Shown: positions 37,076 through 48,350 of the stretch, one piece after another
Numbering within the stretch: position 1 is the stretch's first letter
Layout: each line of letters begins with the position of its first letter
Assembly: GCA_030390025.1 (NCBI GenBank)
Contig: CM059432.1
Span: forward strand, 95,172,001-95,236,000
Length of the DNA stretch: 64,000 bases
Source: Squalus acanthias
Taxonomy: Eukaryota
Direction: 5' to 3'
The notes under the pieces: model-generated
The model's database searches: none
The model's input: only the letters and a program-made list of their open reading frames with translations
Told to the model about the DNA's origin: nothing
Made by a program: the position numbers and the translations under genes

Positions 37076-37751
37076 AGAAGCCTAGATAGATCTATTGATA
37101 GATGAGCACTTAATGCGTTTGTAGCACATTCCTCTGTCTGTGATTTTAACACAGCCGTTAATCCATTTATTTTAAATGGGTTAATGTTTTCACTAAAATA
37201 CCAGACAGAGGACTGCCAGTATGCATTCGTGCACTAATATCACCAACAGTAATTTCTAGGCTTACATATTGTGAGAGGATGCTTTGAAACCAATACCAAA
37301 GCAAAGCATGAAAAAGTACTATATTGTAGGAAGTAACTGATTGTCTCTCGCCTTTGTTTAATTACCAGACATAGCATCCAACTGAATCCACTGCTGTTCA
37401 TTTGTATACAATGTCTGAATACCTGATGGATAAGAATTCAGACAGATGTCTATTAGCCTTGAGAGATACCCAGCTGTTACAGGACTGTTTGGGATACACA
37501 TTCTGGATTGTAACCTTCAGTAATTATTTTCCACGCGAGTCCACGCCATTCTATTCATACTGAGATTAAGTTCAAACATAGTTTGGAATTACAAAACTGT
37601 TCTAGGGAGGACATGTTAGGTATCTGTGTCTCAAACTTTTGCTAGAGAAGTTCTGTGTCATCTTGTAGAATCTTGAAAGACTGTGAACCTTCCCGAATGG
37701 GCTTCAAGAGGATTATTAGCAACGAACATTTGTTGGAAATTTAGAATCTTT

Positions 37752-38301
37752 GCGGGTGATTTTCAATTGCCGGCCACCCGGCTGTCACCTGAGAAACAGA
37801 TGGCCAGCAATTGAAAATCAGAGTTGCAGGGCGGGGGAGGCACCTTGGCTGCCCCGTTAATGCTCAAAGCTCACCTGATGCGATTTTTAGGCGAGCCTGT
37901 AAATGGGCACCCACCTGAGGTAGCGGGGAGGCTGCTTAAATATGCAAACTGGGGTCCTGCGTCGGTTGTAATTGCAATTTTCGGGTACAAATGAGTGGAG
38001 TACGCACTCTGCACGCTGTACCCATTTGTAACAGGTGTTGAGCCGCCTAACCAGCGCTCCTTTAATGGCCTCTCAAAAAATGGCCAAGGAGACTTTTAAT
38101 TTTTCTGGTGGGCCCAGGAGGAGTAGCAGTCCTCTTTCTGAGCGTCCCCCTCCCAAAACTCAGGCCTGTGCTGCAATGGGGCTCCTGCTTGGTGCCTGCA
38201 GCTTGCTGGCAATATGTTCATGACGCTTGGTCCAAAGCGTGGGTGGTGCAACCGCTCTGCTGATTGTGCACTCATTTTGGATGCTGCTTGAAAATTGCAC
38301 A
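37752..38301. mobile_element. Harbinger-type MITE
   Basis: Ends gggtgattttcaa / ttgaaaattgcac; GC- and CpG-rich island in AT-rich flanks; internal hairpin at 37758-37820. Confidence 0.55.
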
Positions 38302-38551
38302 ACTTATCGCCTGGGTCTGCAAATGCCCTTACAGAGATGCATGAGTTTAACCATTCACTTAGTGCATTTTATTAGTTTTTAGGAGCTGAGGACTGCTGAC
38401 AATGCATTTTGTGTCTCAAAGCACCAATTTATATACACATCTGCCAGTCCAAGTAGGCTTCTGTTTGCAAGTTAGTCAGTAGATGCTTTTGTAAAAACCC
38501 CCTCAGCTGTCTTTTTTCCTGTAATTCTATTCCTCTGAAGCTACAAATATT

Positions 38552-40750
38552 GGGGGGAATTTTAAACCGCCCACGACAGACGGGGGAGGGTCGACGTGAA
38601 ACTTGACGCCAACCTGCCGCAAACGCGCCTACGTCCAGTTTAACCGCGGTGGGTTTGGGGGCGTCCAAGTAACCCGCTCTAGAGAAGCGGGTCCATGATT
38701 ATATTATGTTAGTGAGGCTCAGTTCCTCAGATTTTGGCAGCCATTTAAATTTAACACTGGCGGGCTGGGTTTCCCAGGGCTCAGGGAACTCGGCAGCTAA
38801 AGGGAGGCGGGAGCAGCCAGATCCAGCAGGTGAGTGCTTTTTACAGCACTACCTGTGAGCCAGGAGGAGTCAGAGTGCTTTGCCCAGTTCCTCAAGCAAA
38901 CCTTCTGCCGCGATCTACCTCCCTCCCCGCGATTTTCCAACCCCCCAACTATGCCCCAATCTTTCCCTTCCACCCTCCCTCCTTGCTGCCGTGCTTTGAG
39001 CCCACCCCCCACCCCACCCACCACCACCATGTCCCGATGCTTTCTGATTGCCAGGGACCATCCCCAACGATAAGGCCCGAAACTGGGCGCGAGGATCACG
39101 ATGCGCAATCAACCCGCGCCCATTCAGAGGTCTGCAGGCAACACGCAAATTTCAGGCTGCCTGCTGATTAGCATGATTGTAGCGTTTAGCCCAGCGCTGA
39201 ACATGCTACTGAGTAGCCGAACACTCAGCAGGGGGCGGGCCCAAGTTCATGCGAGGCTAGCCCCAATTAAAGCTAGTCTGCACTACTTAAAAGGCAATCT
39301 GCACCTTTTAATGGGGAGGTGCCTCTGCCTGCAACAGGTGATTGAAGTGGCTGGGAAGACAGTGGACAACAAAGTGATAATGATGTCTAAACAGGGGAGA
39401 GAGCATGCACCTAGGTTCTCCGATGCAGCACTGGAGGCCTTGGTCTGGAGGTCAACTCCAGGAGAGAAGTCCTCTTTCCATAGGGGACCAGGAGGCCCTC
39501 CAGGCAACAGATCAGAGTGCAGTGGGAGCACATAGCCACTGTGGTAAATACCAGCAGTGTAGCCCTGAGGATCTGGATCAGGAAGAAGTTTAATGACCTC
39601 ACACGAGTGGTCAAGGTCAGTGAAATCATCTTCAAATACCGTATCCCACCATCTGCACCACCAACCTCACACAATACTCAATGCTCCACACTCACCTCCC
39701 AACAATCTCTACCAAACACGACTCAAACCTCACATTCATAGCTTCACCTCAACCACACACACTTACCACTGCTGCAAGCCTCACACCCTGAACACTCTGT
39801 CAGCTATTCAAACATGATAGGCATACCACCCAAACACATTGCACCACACTAATTGACACACTTACTTTTCTCTTGCAGAAAAAGGTGGTGCATAACCGGC
39901 GCCAGCAGAATTTAGCCGGCTGGGGAAAGGCTCGCCTGCATCACCAGACATTGGAGGAGATGGTGCTGGCCATTCTTTGCAGGGGCATGGCTGAGCCCGT
40001 GGCCAGCGGCTTGGCTCAAAGGATACAAGTTGCCGGTATCCTCATACGTTATTCTCATTTTCACATCCCACTTCCCCTCATCCCACAATCCCTTCTGATT
40101 TACAATCTGCACATGGTTTAAGCATGCAACTCTTGCTTTCCCCCCGTCCCATCACCACAACCTTACCCTTGTGCCTTTCTCATTTCAGATAACCAAGAAA
40201 TCCAGCCTGCCAGCGAGAGCTTCAACAAGAAGCGGGAGAGGAAAGTGAAGAAGAAGAAGAAACATGGTCACTCGATTTCACACTGCCAGCCACCAGCTCA
40301 GATACTGACACTCCGCGTACCTTAGACGATAGGTTAGATGCGGAATCTGCACGTGGAGAGTCACCGGGCACGAGTGGGCAGCAGCCAGGGTAGGGAGAAA
40401 GGGTAGCACAAGTGCCAAGGCCCCGGAGGGCGAGGTCGCACACGAGTTCCGCAGCACAGGATTCAGATGAAGACATCGCTGGGGCAGCCTACAGAAGGAC
40501 ACTGATGGGTATGCACAATGAAATGCTTGGTGTATTGCAGGCCTACCAGAGAGCGTGAATGCATTGTCAAGGAACATGGTGGAGTCCATGGTTGCCTCTT
40601 TCCTACTGCTTCCTCCTCTTCTGCTTCCTCCTTTTCTGCTTCTTCCTCTTCCTCCTCCTCCTCCCTCTGCGAGTAGCTTGTCCCTTTTGCTGCCTCTGCT
40701 CCATCTTCATATCATGCTGCAGCCCAAGGGGGACTGCAACTAGAACCCCC
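38552..40750 (+). mobile_element. Harbinger element(s): TIR-like start, three-exon Myb/SANT gene (39380-~40590) and deleted transposase remnant on the - strand
   Basis: REHAPRFSDAALEALV...QWEHIA...RKKFNDLTRVVK; GT-AG introns at 39616-39878 and 40036-40188; possibly two nested left ends (38552 and ~39074). Confidence 0.85.
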
Positions 40751-41354
40751 CCGGTGTGCAACGCTGATTTGACGCCAGCGCTGTCTTTTTCATCATCATT
40801 GCTGGAGCTAACGCCCTCTCTTAACCTCACACGGCTGAACATGCATTCAGCAACAGGAAGGACCCCCACCAACGCTATTTAATGGGATCATCACCAACTT
40901 TCAGGTAACTTGCCTTTTGATTTTTACTGGTGCTGTGTAAGTTTGTGGAAGTGTTTGGAGCTTTCCAGAGTTGTTTAAAGTTAGTGAGGTGACAGGGAGT
41001 GGTGCTGCAAGTGGAGAAGGCCTTGCTTCTGACTTCAAGGGTTCTGGTCAGATGACTTGCTCCCAGTCATGGGTGCTCTAGTTGTCATCCACCTTGGCCT
41101 GCAGCATGACAGGGAGATGGAGCAGAGGCAGCAAAGAAGAGAACAAGCAGAGGGAGGAGGAGGGGGAAAAGAGCTCTCAGCAGGAGGCCTTACCCACCTA
41201 CGGTCTTCCGAGAGCAATTCTCTTACCTCAATCTGAGCCAGGAGCAGTGTGTGAGGCATCTGTGCTTTACAAAGGAGGTGTTCACAGAACTCTGCTACCT
41301 CTTGCAACCAGACCTGCAGCCTCACTCCAGGGCAAGGGCAGTGCTGCCAGTGGC

Positions 41355-41818
41355 TTCTTTTTTCGTTCAAGGGATGTGGGCATCGCTGGCAAGGCTAGCA
41401 TTTATTGCCCATCCTTAATTGTCCTTGAGAAAGTGGTGGAGAGCCTCCTTCTTTAACTGCTGCAGTCCATGCTTCTTTGTAGTGGTTTGGTACAACTGAG
41501 TGGCTTGCTAGGCCATCCCAGAGGGCAGTTAAGAGTCAACCTCATTGCTGTGGATCTGGAGTCATATAGGCCAGACCAGGTAAAGATGGTGGATATCCTT
41601 CCCTAAAGGACATTAGTGAACCAGATGGGTTTTTATGACAATCCAACACTTTCATGGTCACCATTACTGACACTAGCTTTTTATTCCAGATTAATTTAAT
41701 TAAATAAATTAAAATTCCCCAGCTGCCTTGGTGGGATTTGAACTCACGTCTATCCAGATCATTAGTCCAGGCCTCTGGATTACTAGTCCAGTAACATAAC
41801 CACTATGCTACCGTACCC
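41355..41818 (-). mobile_element. tRNA-derived SINE with a LINE-derived 3' tail
   Basis: Head ggtagcatagtggtta (A box) and gagttcaaatccc (B box); tail gggcaataaatgctagccttgccagcgatgcccacatcc matches the LINE end at ~43612-43652. Confidence 0.88.
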
Positions 41819-43062
41819 TGTGAAGGTGACTGTAGCCCTGAGTTTCTTTGTGTCGAGATCCTTCCAGGCTGGAGCAGGCGACATCCGTCACATCTCCCAG
41901 TTTGCCATCCATTGCTGCATAAGAGAGGTGACAGAAGCTCTTTATGCCAGGAGAGGGGACTTCATTGTCTTCTCTCTGACTAGAGAGAAGCAGGCGGAGC
42001 GTGCATGTGGCTTTGCCAGGATAGCAGACTTCCCATGGTGCAGGGCTCCATCGACTGCACGCACGTGGCTTTGCAGGCGCTGCTTCTAAATGTTGAGATG
42101 TCTCGCTACCGCAAAGGTTTCCACTCGCTGAATGTGCAGTTGCTGTGCAACTATTCTTAGGACATCATGCTGGTGAAGGCCCAGTATCCTGGCAGCAGTC
42201 ATGATGCTTTTATTCTGCACCAGTCCGCTGCTCCCTTGGTCTTTGAGCCATCAAGACAAACCAGAGGGTGGCTACTGGGCGACAAGGACTATCCCTTGAC
42301 CAACTGGCTTATGACTCCGCTCCGCAACCCAACCACACATAGCCAGCATGCGTACAACAAGAGTCATGCTGTCACACGAAACATCATAGAGCAGACCATT
42401 GGGGTACTGAATCAATGGTTCCGCTGCCTGGATCGCTCTGGAGGAGTCCTACAGTACTCACCGGAGCATGTGTCTCAAATATAGAATCATAGAATCATAG
42501 GAAATTACGGCAAAAAGGAGGTTATTTGGCCATCATGTCTGTGGCCGAAAAAAGGCTATCCAGCCTAATCCCACTTTCCAGCTCGTGGTCCATAGCCTTG
42601 TAGGTTACGACACTTCAAGTGCATATCCAAGTACTTGTTAAATGTGATGAGTGTTTCTGCCTTTACCAATCTTTCAGGCAGTGAGTTCCAGACTCCCACC
42701 ACCCTTTGGGTGAAAAAAATTCTCCTCCACTCCTCTCTAATCCTTCTACCAATTACTTTAAATCTATGCCTCCTAGTTATTGACCTCTCTGCTAGGGGAA
42801 ATAGGTCCTTCCTTTCCACTCTATCTAGGCCCCTCATAATTTTATACACCTCAATTAAATCTCCCCTCAGACTCCTCTTTTCCAAAGAAAACAACCTCAG
42901 CCTGTCCAAAGAAAACAACCCCAATCTTTCCGCACAGTGAAAATTCTCCAGTCCTGGCAACATTCTCGTAAATCTCCTCTGTACCCTCTCCAGTGCAATC
43001 ACATCCATCCGGTAATGTGGTGACCAGAACTGTATGCAGTACTCTAGCTGTGGCCTAACTAG

Positions 43063-43672
43063 AGCAGGTCAGAGGCTGGGTATTCTGTGGCGAGTGAATC
43101 ATATCCTGACTCCCCAAAGCCATTCCACCATCTACAAGGCACAAGTCAGGAGTGTGATGGAATACTCTCCACTTGCTTGGATGAGTGCAGCTCCAACAAC
43201 ACTCAAGAAGCTCGACACTCTCTAGGACAAAGCAGCCCGCTTGATTGGCATCCCATCCACCACCTTAAACATTCACTCCCTCCACCACCAGCACACCGTG
43301 GCTGCAGTGTGTACCATCTACAAGATGCACTGCAGCAACTCGCCAAGGCTCCTTCGGCAGCACCTCCCGAACCCATGATCTCTACCGCCTAGAAGGACAA
43401 GGGCAGCAGGCGCATGGGAACACCACCACCTGCAAGTTCCCTTCCAAGTCACATACCATCCTGACTTGGAAATATATCGCCATTCCTTCATTGTCGCTGG
43501 GTCAAAATTCTGGAACTCCCTACCTAACAGCATTGTGGGAGTACCTTCACCACACGGACTGCAGTGGTTCAACAAGGCGGCTCACCACCACCTTCTCAAG
43601 GGCAACTAGGAATGGGCAATAAATGCTGGCCTTGCCAGCGATGCCCACATCCAATGAACAAATTTTTTAAAA
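43063..43672 (+). mobile_element. 3' end of a second CR1-group LINE family, 6-bp TSD
   Basis: TIYKAQVRSVMEYSPLAW...WNSLP; aactag duplicated at 43057-43062 and 43673-43678. Confidence 0.88.
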
Positions 43673-43862
43673 AACTAGTGTTTTATACAGTTCTAGCATA
43701 ACCTCCCTGCTCTTATATTCTATGCCTCGACTAATAAAGGAAAGTATCTCGTATTCCTTCTTAACCTTCTTATATACCTGTCCTGCTACCTTCAGGGATC
43801 TGTGGGCATGCACTCCAAGGTTCCTCTGTTCCTCTACACTTCTCAGTATCCCACCATTTATC

Positions 43863-45326
43863 GGGCCAAAAATTGCGGTCAGTGGCATAGCTCCAGAGTA
43901 CGCCACCGACCTACGAAAAGAATGCGTACTTACCTTGAGCGAGGCCCGGAACAGAGACTTCCTCTTCAGTGCTACAGAGTTCTGTGCAGTGTATGACATT
44001 AGGAAGGCCAGGAGCACAGCATACAGCCTATGCATAAGGGAAGACATGCCCACAAAAGTTGCCAAACCCAAGCCACACCCACACCCACAGAAACTTCTCT
44101 CACTCTCTTCCATTGAAATTACATTTTACAAACTATTATAAACTTCTAAAAACTTTTAATTAAACTGGTACTTGGACTTATTTCATATATCTGCACTTTG
44201 TTTTATTTTTTCATCCAAACTCACAATTTATTAGTCCCTATGTATACAACTTCCTGTTTAGATGCTCAGTAAAGATCTAACACTCCTACAAGTAATGTTG
44301 TAGAACTTCAGAAAGAGATTCCCAGCTATATATTCAATGTTAATTTTCAGGATGAAAATATATTATTCAGACCTCATTTAGACTGGTAACAGATTTTCCT
44401 TGTTATAGATACATTGTATTGTTATGTTCATTTTTGAGTTGAAAGGACAGAATTGGTCACTGAAATCTGATAAATGTTCACTTTATTTAACTTTCTTATT
44501 CAATTTCCCAAGTAATTAAAATGAATCTCAACCAACAAAAAATGGTTCCTCCACCAAAACGTGCACAATATACCATCCACTGTTGATAAATCAGCCTAAA
44601 ACCGTCTAATCGTCTGTGTGCTGGATTCTTTGTTCTAACATAAAACATCATCACAAAAAGTTTTATTCATCACACACAAACCTCACAGGATGAATGAGAT
44701 TATTTTCCTCTGTATATCCATAAAATCAATTCAAACAGCTCTGCAGTCAGTTCCTGTTAAGCGAGTAGTCTGTTTGCCACATTTTCTCCACCAATATTCA
44801 TGAACCTTTTTTATTGCAAGTGACAGATATTTTCTCAGTGGCTTTTTACTTAAAATTGCTTTGTAGCATTGTTAAGAAAACATGTAAGAGGGAGCTTAAT
44901 ATACATTATAAATGCTGTGAACCAGAAACGGGCTGCGGACTAATCATTTTGCAATGCATTTCCAATCAAAATCGATTGATAAGATTGTAAACGGTGCTCT
45001 CCTGTGTGTCTTGTATCGGGGAAATGCAAAGTGGTGATTTTTCAACTGAAGATCTTTTAAGATGTAAAACAGGCTCCTGCGCCTGCTTTCACTAACTGTA
45101 AGAAAAACGTCCATAATTGCTGGGCAGTTGGTGGGCAAATAGCCCAACTCTGCGCCAGCAATTGATTTTTCCATGGCGATGTGGATGATCTGTCAAGGCG
45201 TACCTTGACAGATCGCAAGTTCGGGATTTAGCGCATGCGGAAATCCCGAACTTGCAGTATATTTCAAAGGCAGTATGACGGCATACTATCAGAGTATGCC
45301 TTCATACCTACTGCAAAATCCAGGCC
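43863..45326. mobile_element. Non-coding Harbinger-type TIR element nested in the CR1
   Basis: Ends gggccaaaaattgc / gcaaaatccaggcc; the CR1 sequence is continuous across it (ccattt-atc ... att-gtgtattccc). Confidence 0.7.
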
Positions 45327-47579
45327 ATTGTGTATTCCCTTGCCTTGTTTGCCCTCTCCAAATGCATTTCCTCACACTCCTTCGGATTGAATTCCATTTG
45401 CCACTTTTCTGCCCACCTGACCAGTCCATTGATAACTTGCTGCAGTCTACAGCTTTCTTCCTCACTATCAACCACACAGCCAACTTTTGTATCATCTGCA
45501 AACTTCTTAATCATGCCCCCTATATTTAAGTCTAAATCATTGATATATAGCACGAAAAGCAAGGGACCTAGTACTGAGCCCTGCAGAACCCCACTGGAAA
45601 CAGCTTTCCAATCACAAAAACACCAGTCGACCATTACCCTTTGATTCCTGCCACTGAGCCAATTTTGTATCCAACTTGCCACTTTCCCTTGGATCCCATG
45701 GGCTTTTACTTTTCTGACCAGTCTGCCATGTGGGACCTTGTTAAAAGCCTTGCCATATAGACTACAGCAAACGCGCTACCCTCATCGACCTTCCTTGTTA
45801 CCTCCTCAAAATATTCAGTCAAGTTAGTCAGACACGACCTTCCCTTAACAAATCCATGCTGACTGTTCTTAATTAATCCATGCCTTTCTAAATGATGATT
45901 AATACTGTCCCTCAGAACTTTTTCCAATAATTTTCCCACCACCGAGGTTAGGCTGACTGACCTGTAATTACGCAGTTTATCCCTTATTCCCTTTTTAAAC
46001 AATGGCACAATGTTAGCAGTCCTCCAGTCCTCCGGCACCAGCCTGTAGCCAGAGAGAATTGGAAAATGATGGTCAGAACCTCCGCTATTTCCTCCCTTGC
46101 TTCTCTTAACAACCTGGGATACATTTCATCCAGGTCTGGTGATTTATCTACTTTCAATGATACTAAACCCCCTAATATTTCCTCTCTCACTATGTTTATC
46201 ACATCCAATATTTCACACTCCTCCTCTTTAACTACAATGCCTACACTGTCCCTCTCTTTTGTGAAGACTGACGCAAAGTATTCATTAAGAACCATATCCA
46301 CGTCTTCCGCCTCCACACACAGGTTAACTTTTTGGTCTCTAATAGGCCCTACTCTTTCCTTAGTTATCCTCTTGCTCTTTATGTAGCTATCAAACATCTT
46401 TGTGTTTTCCTTGATATTACTTGCCAATATTTTTTCATGCCCTCTCTTTGCTTTCCTAATTTCCTTTTTAATTTCACCCCTTCACTTTCTATACTATTCA
46501 GAACTGAATACAGGTTAGAGAGCAAGATACACTCAGGGAACTCCTGCACTACCTACCTGGTCCTCCTTGTCTGTCTGGTGGTCACCCATTCTCTCAGCCT
46601 CGCGGATGCACTGCAGTGACGCCAGCTGCTACCTAAGCTCCAAAAATAGGAGCTCGAGCTCCTCCAGCTGATGACACTTCCTGCACACGTGATTGTCCAG
46701 AACATGAGAAGCGTCCTGGAGTTCCCATATGGCACGGGATGTGCATTCGACAGGACTGAAGCGCCCTGCTATTTATTAGACTACTTATCAGAAATAAACT
46801 AAGACTTGTCCCTGATCTGGACAAAAAAAAACTCACCAGCCATTCACCAATCAGCTCCTTCCCTTGTGCTGACGTCACTTAAGTGGTTTTTACCTCTCTC
46901 CTTGACGCTCCCGAGCCCTCTCTCTCTCCTGCTGATTTTTACTCTCAGGCCACTCTCTCGCTCCTGCTGCTTTATACTCCTTTCATGGTGATCTGCTGTA
47001 TCCTCCACAACCTGGCCATCGTGAAGGCACAGCCCTTGCCACCAGCGATACGGCCACAAGCTCAGAAGCAGGAGCAGGAGGAGGAGGAGGAGGAGGAGGA
47101 AGAGGAGGAAGAGGAAGAGGAGCAGGAGGAAGGTTGAGAAGATTAGAAGGAAGAAACGAAGAAGCATTTAAAAAATTTTGTATATTGCACAAAGACAAGC
47201 TATATTGTTTGAATTAACTGAGTCTTCTCATAACTATTACTCAGTTGGTTCACTTGCTGTCTGTAAAATAAAGCAACTTAACAATTTATACCTGGCCTCA
47301 ATCTACCAAGTGTTTTCTCGTTCCACCTTTGAAAAGATTGGACAGATACATGCGACAGCATGTGTGGAAGACATGTTCAGATTACAAAGGGTTTTATTGT
47401 TAACATCCTTGAGTTACGCAATTGTATATATATAGGCAAAAAGGAAACTAGTTTTCAAGTGAGTTATGTCAGTAGATAATAAAACAGACTACTAGTCATT
47501 AACACAAAGCACAGATTATAAACAGCAGAAAGCCAATGAAAAGGCTTCTTCAGCCATTTTAATCAGGCACATAATCAGA

Positions 47580-48325
47580 CAACAACAACTTGCATTTATA
47601 CAGCACCTTTAATTTAGTAAAATGTCCCAAGGTGCTTCACAGGAGTGTTATCAAACAAAATTTGACATCGACCCACATAAAGAGATATTAGGACAGGTGA
47701 TCAAAAGCTTGGTCAAAGAGGTCAGTTTTAAGGAGCGTCTTAAAGGAGGATTGAAAGGTAGAGAGGTGGACAGGTTTAGGAAGGGAATTCCAGAGTTAGG
47801 GCCTAGACAATTGAAGGCGCGGCCGCCAATGGTGGAGCGTTTAAAATCGGGGATGTGCAAGAGGCCAGAATTAGAGGAGCGCAGAGCTCTTGAAGGGTTG
47901 TAGGGCTGGAGGAGGTTACAGAGATAGGGAGGGGGCGAATCCATGAAGGGATTTGAAAACAAGAATGAGAATTTTAAAATCAAGGTGTTGCCAGACCAGA
48001 AGCCAATGTAGGCCAGCAAGCACAGGGGTGATGGGTGAACGAGACTTGGTCCCAGTTAGGATATGGGCAGCAGAGTTTTGGATGAGCTCAAGTTTACGGA
48101 GGGTGCAAGGTGGGAGGCTGGACAGGTGAGCATTTGAAGAGTTGAGTCTAGAAGTAAAGGCATGGATGAGGGATCAGCAGCGGATGAGCTGTGGCGGGGC
48201 AGAGTTGGGTGATTTTATGGAAGTGGCAATAAGTGGTGGAGTGAATATAGGGTCGAAAGCTCATCTCAGGGTTAAATAGGATGCCAAATTTGTGAACAGT
48301 CTTGTTCAGCCACAGACAGTGAACA
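47580..48325 (-). mobile_element. L2 LINE 3' end
   Basis: PPYLCNLLQPYNPSRALRSS...TIGGRAF; tail aaaggtgctgtataaatgcaagttgttgttg. Confidence 0.88.
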
Positions 48326-48350
48326 TAAGTTCCAGTGTTGTGAAGATGAC

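Larger units (their letters stand above)
42482..46981 (-). mobile_element. CR1 LINE with 5' end, ORF1 zinc-finger remnant, internal deletion and RT; itself interrupted twice
   Basis: MPEDWRTANIVPLFKKG, QHGFVKGRSCLTNL, QGSVLGPLLFVLYINDLD...FADDTK and RGDLIEVYKI; (attctatg)n tail at 42482-42500. Confidence 0.93.
41069..47137 (+). pseudogene. Harbinger transposase split by insertions into 41069-41354, 41819-42481 and 46982-47137
   Basis: VKVTVALSFF, ISQFAIHCCIREVT, YPGSSHDAFIL, WLLGDKDYP and NIIEQTIGVL...QYSPEHVSQ, continuing as FMVICCILHNLAI at 46982. Confidence 0.9.

Noticed and set aside
41730..41815. tRNA gene (also the heads at ~14200-14276 and ~50590-50652)
   Set aside because: A and B boxes are present, but they are SINE heads without a complete cloverleaf
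46844..47198. Poly-Leu, poly-Pro and poly-Glu ORFs (also 35768-36067 and 40555-40872)
   Set aside because: Alternative-frame readings of the GAG/GAA-rich acidic tail of Harbinger transposases
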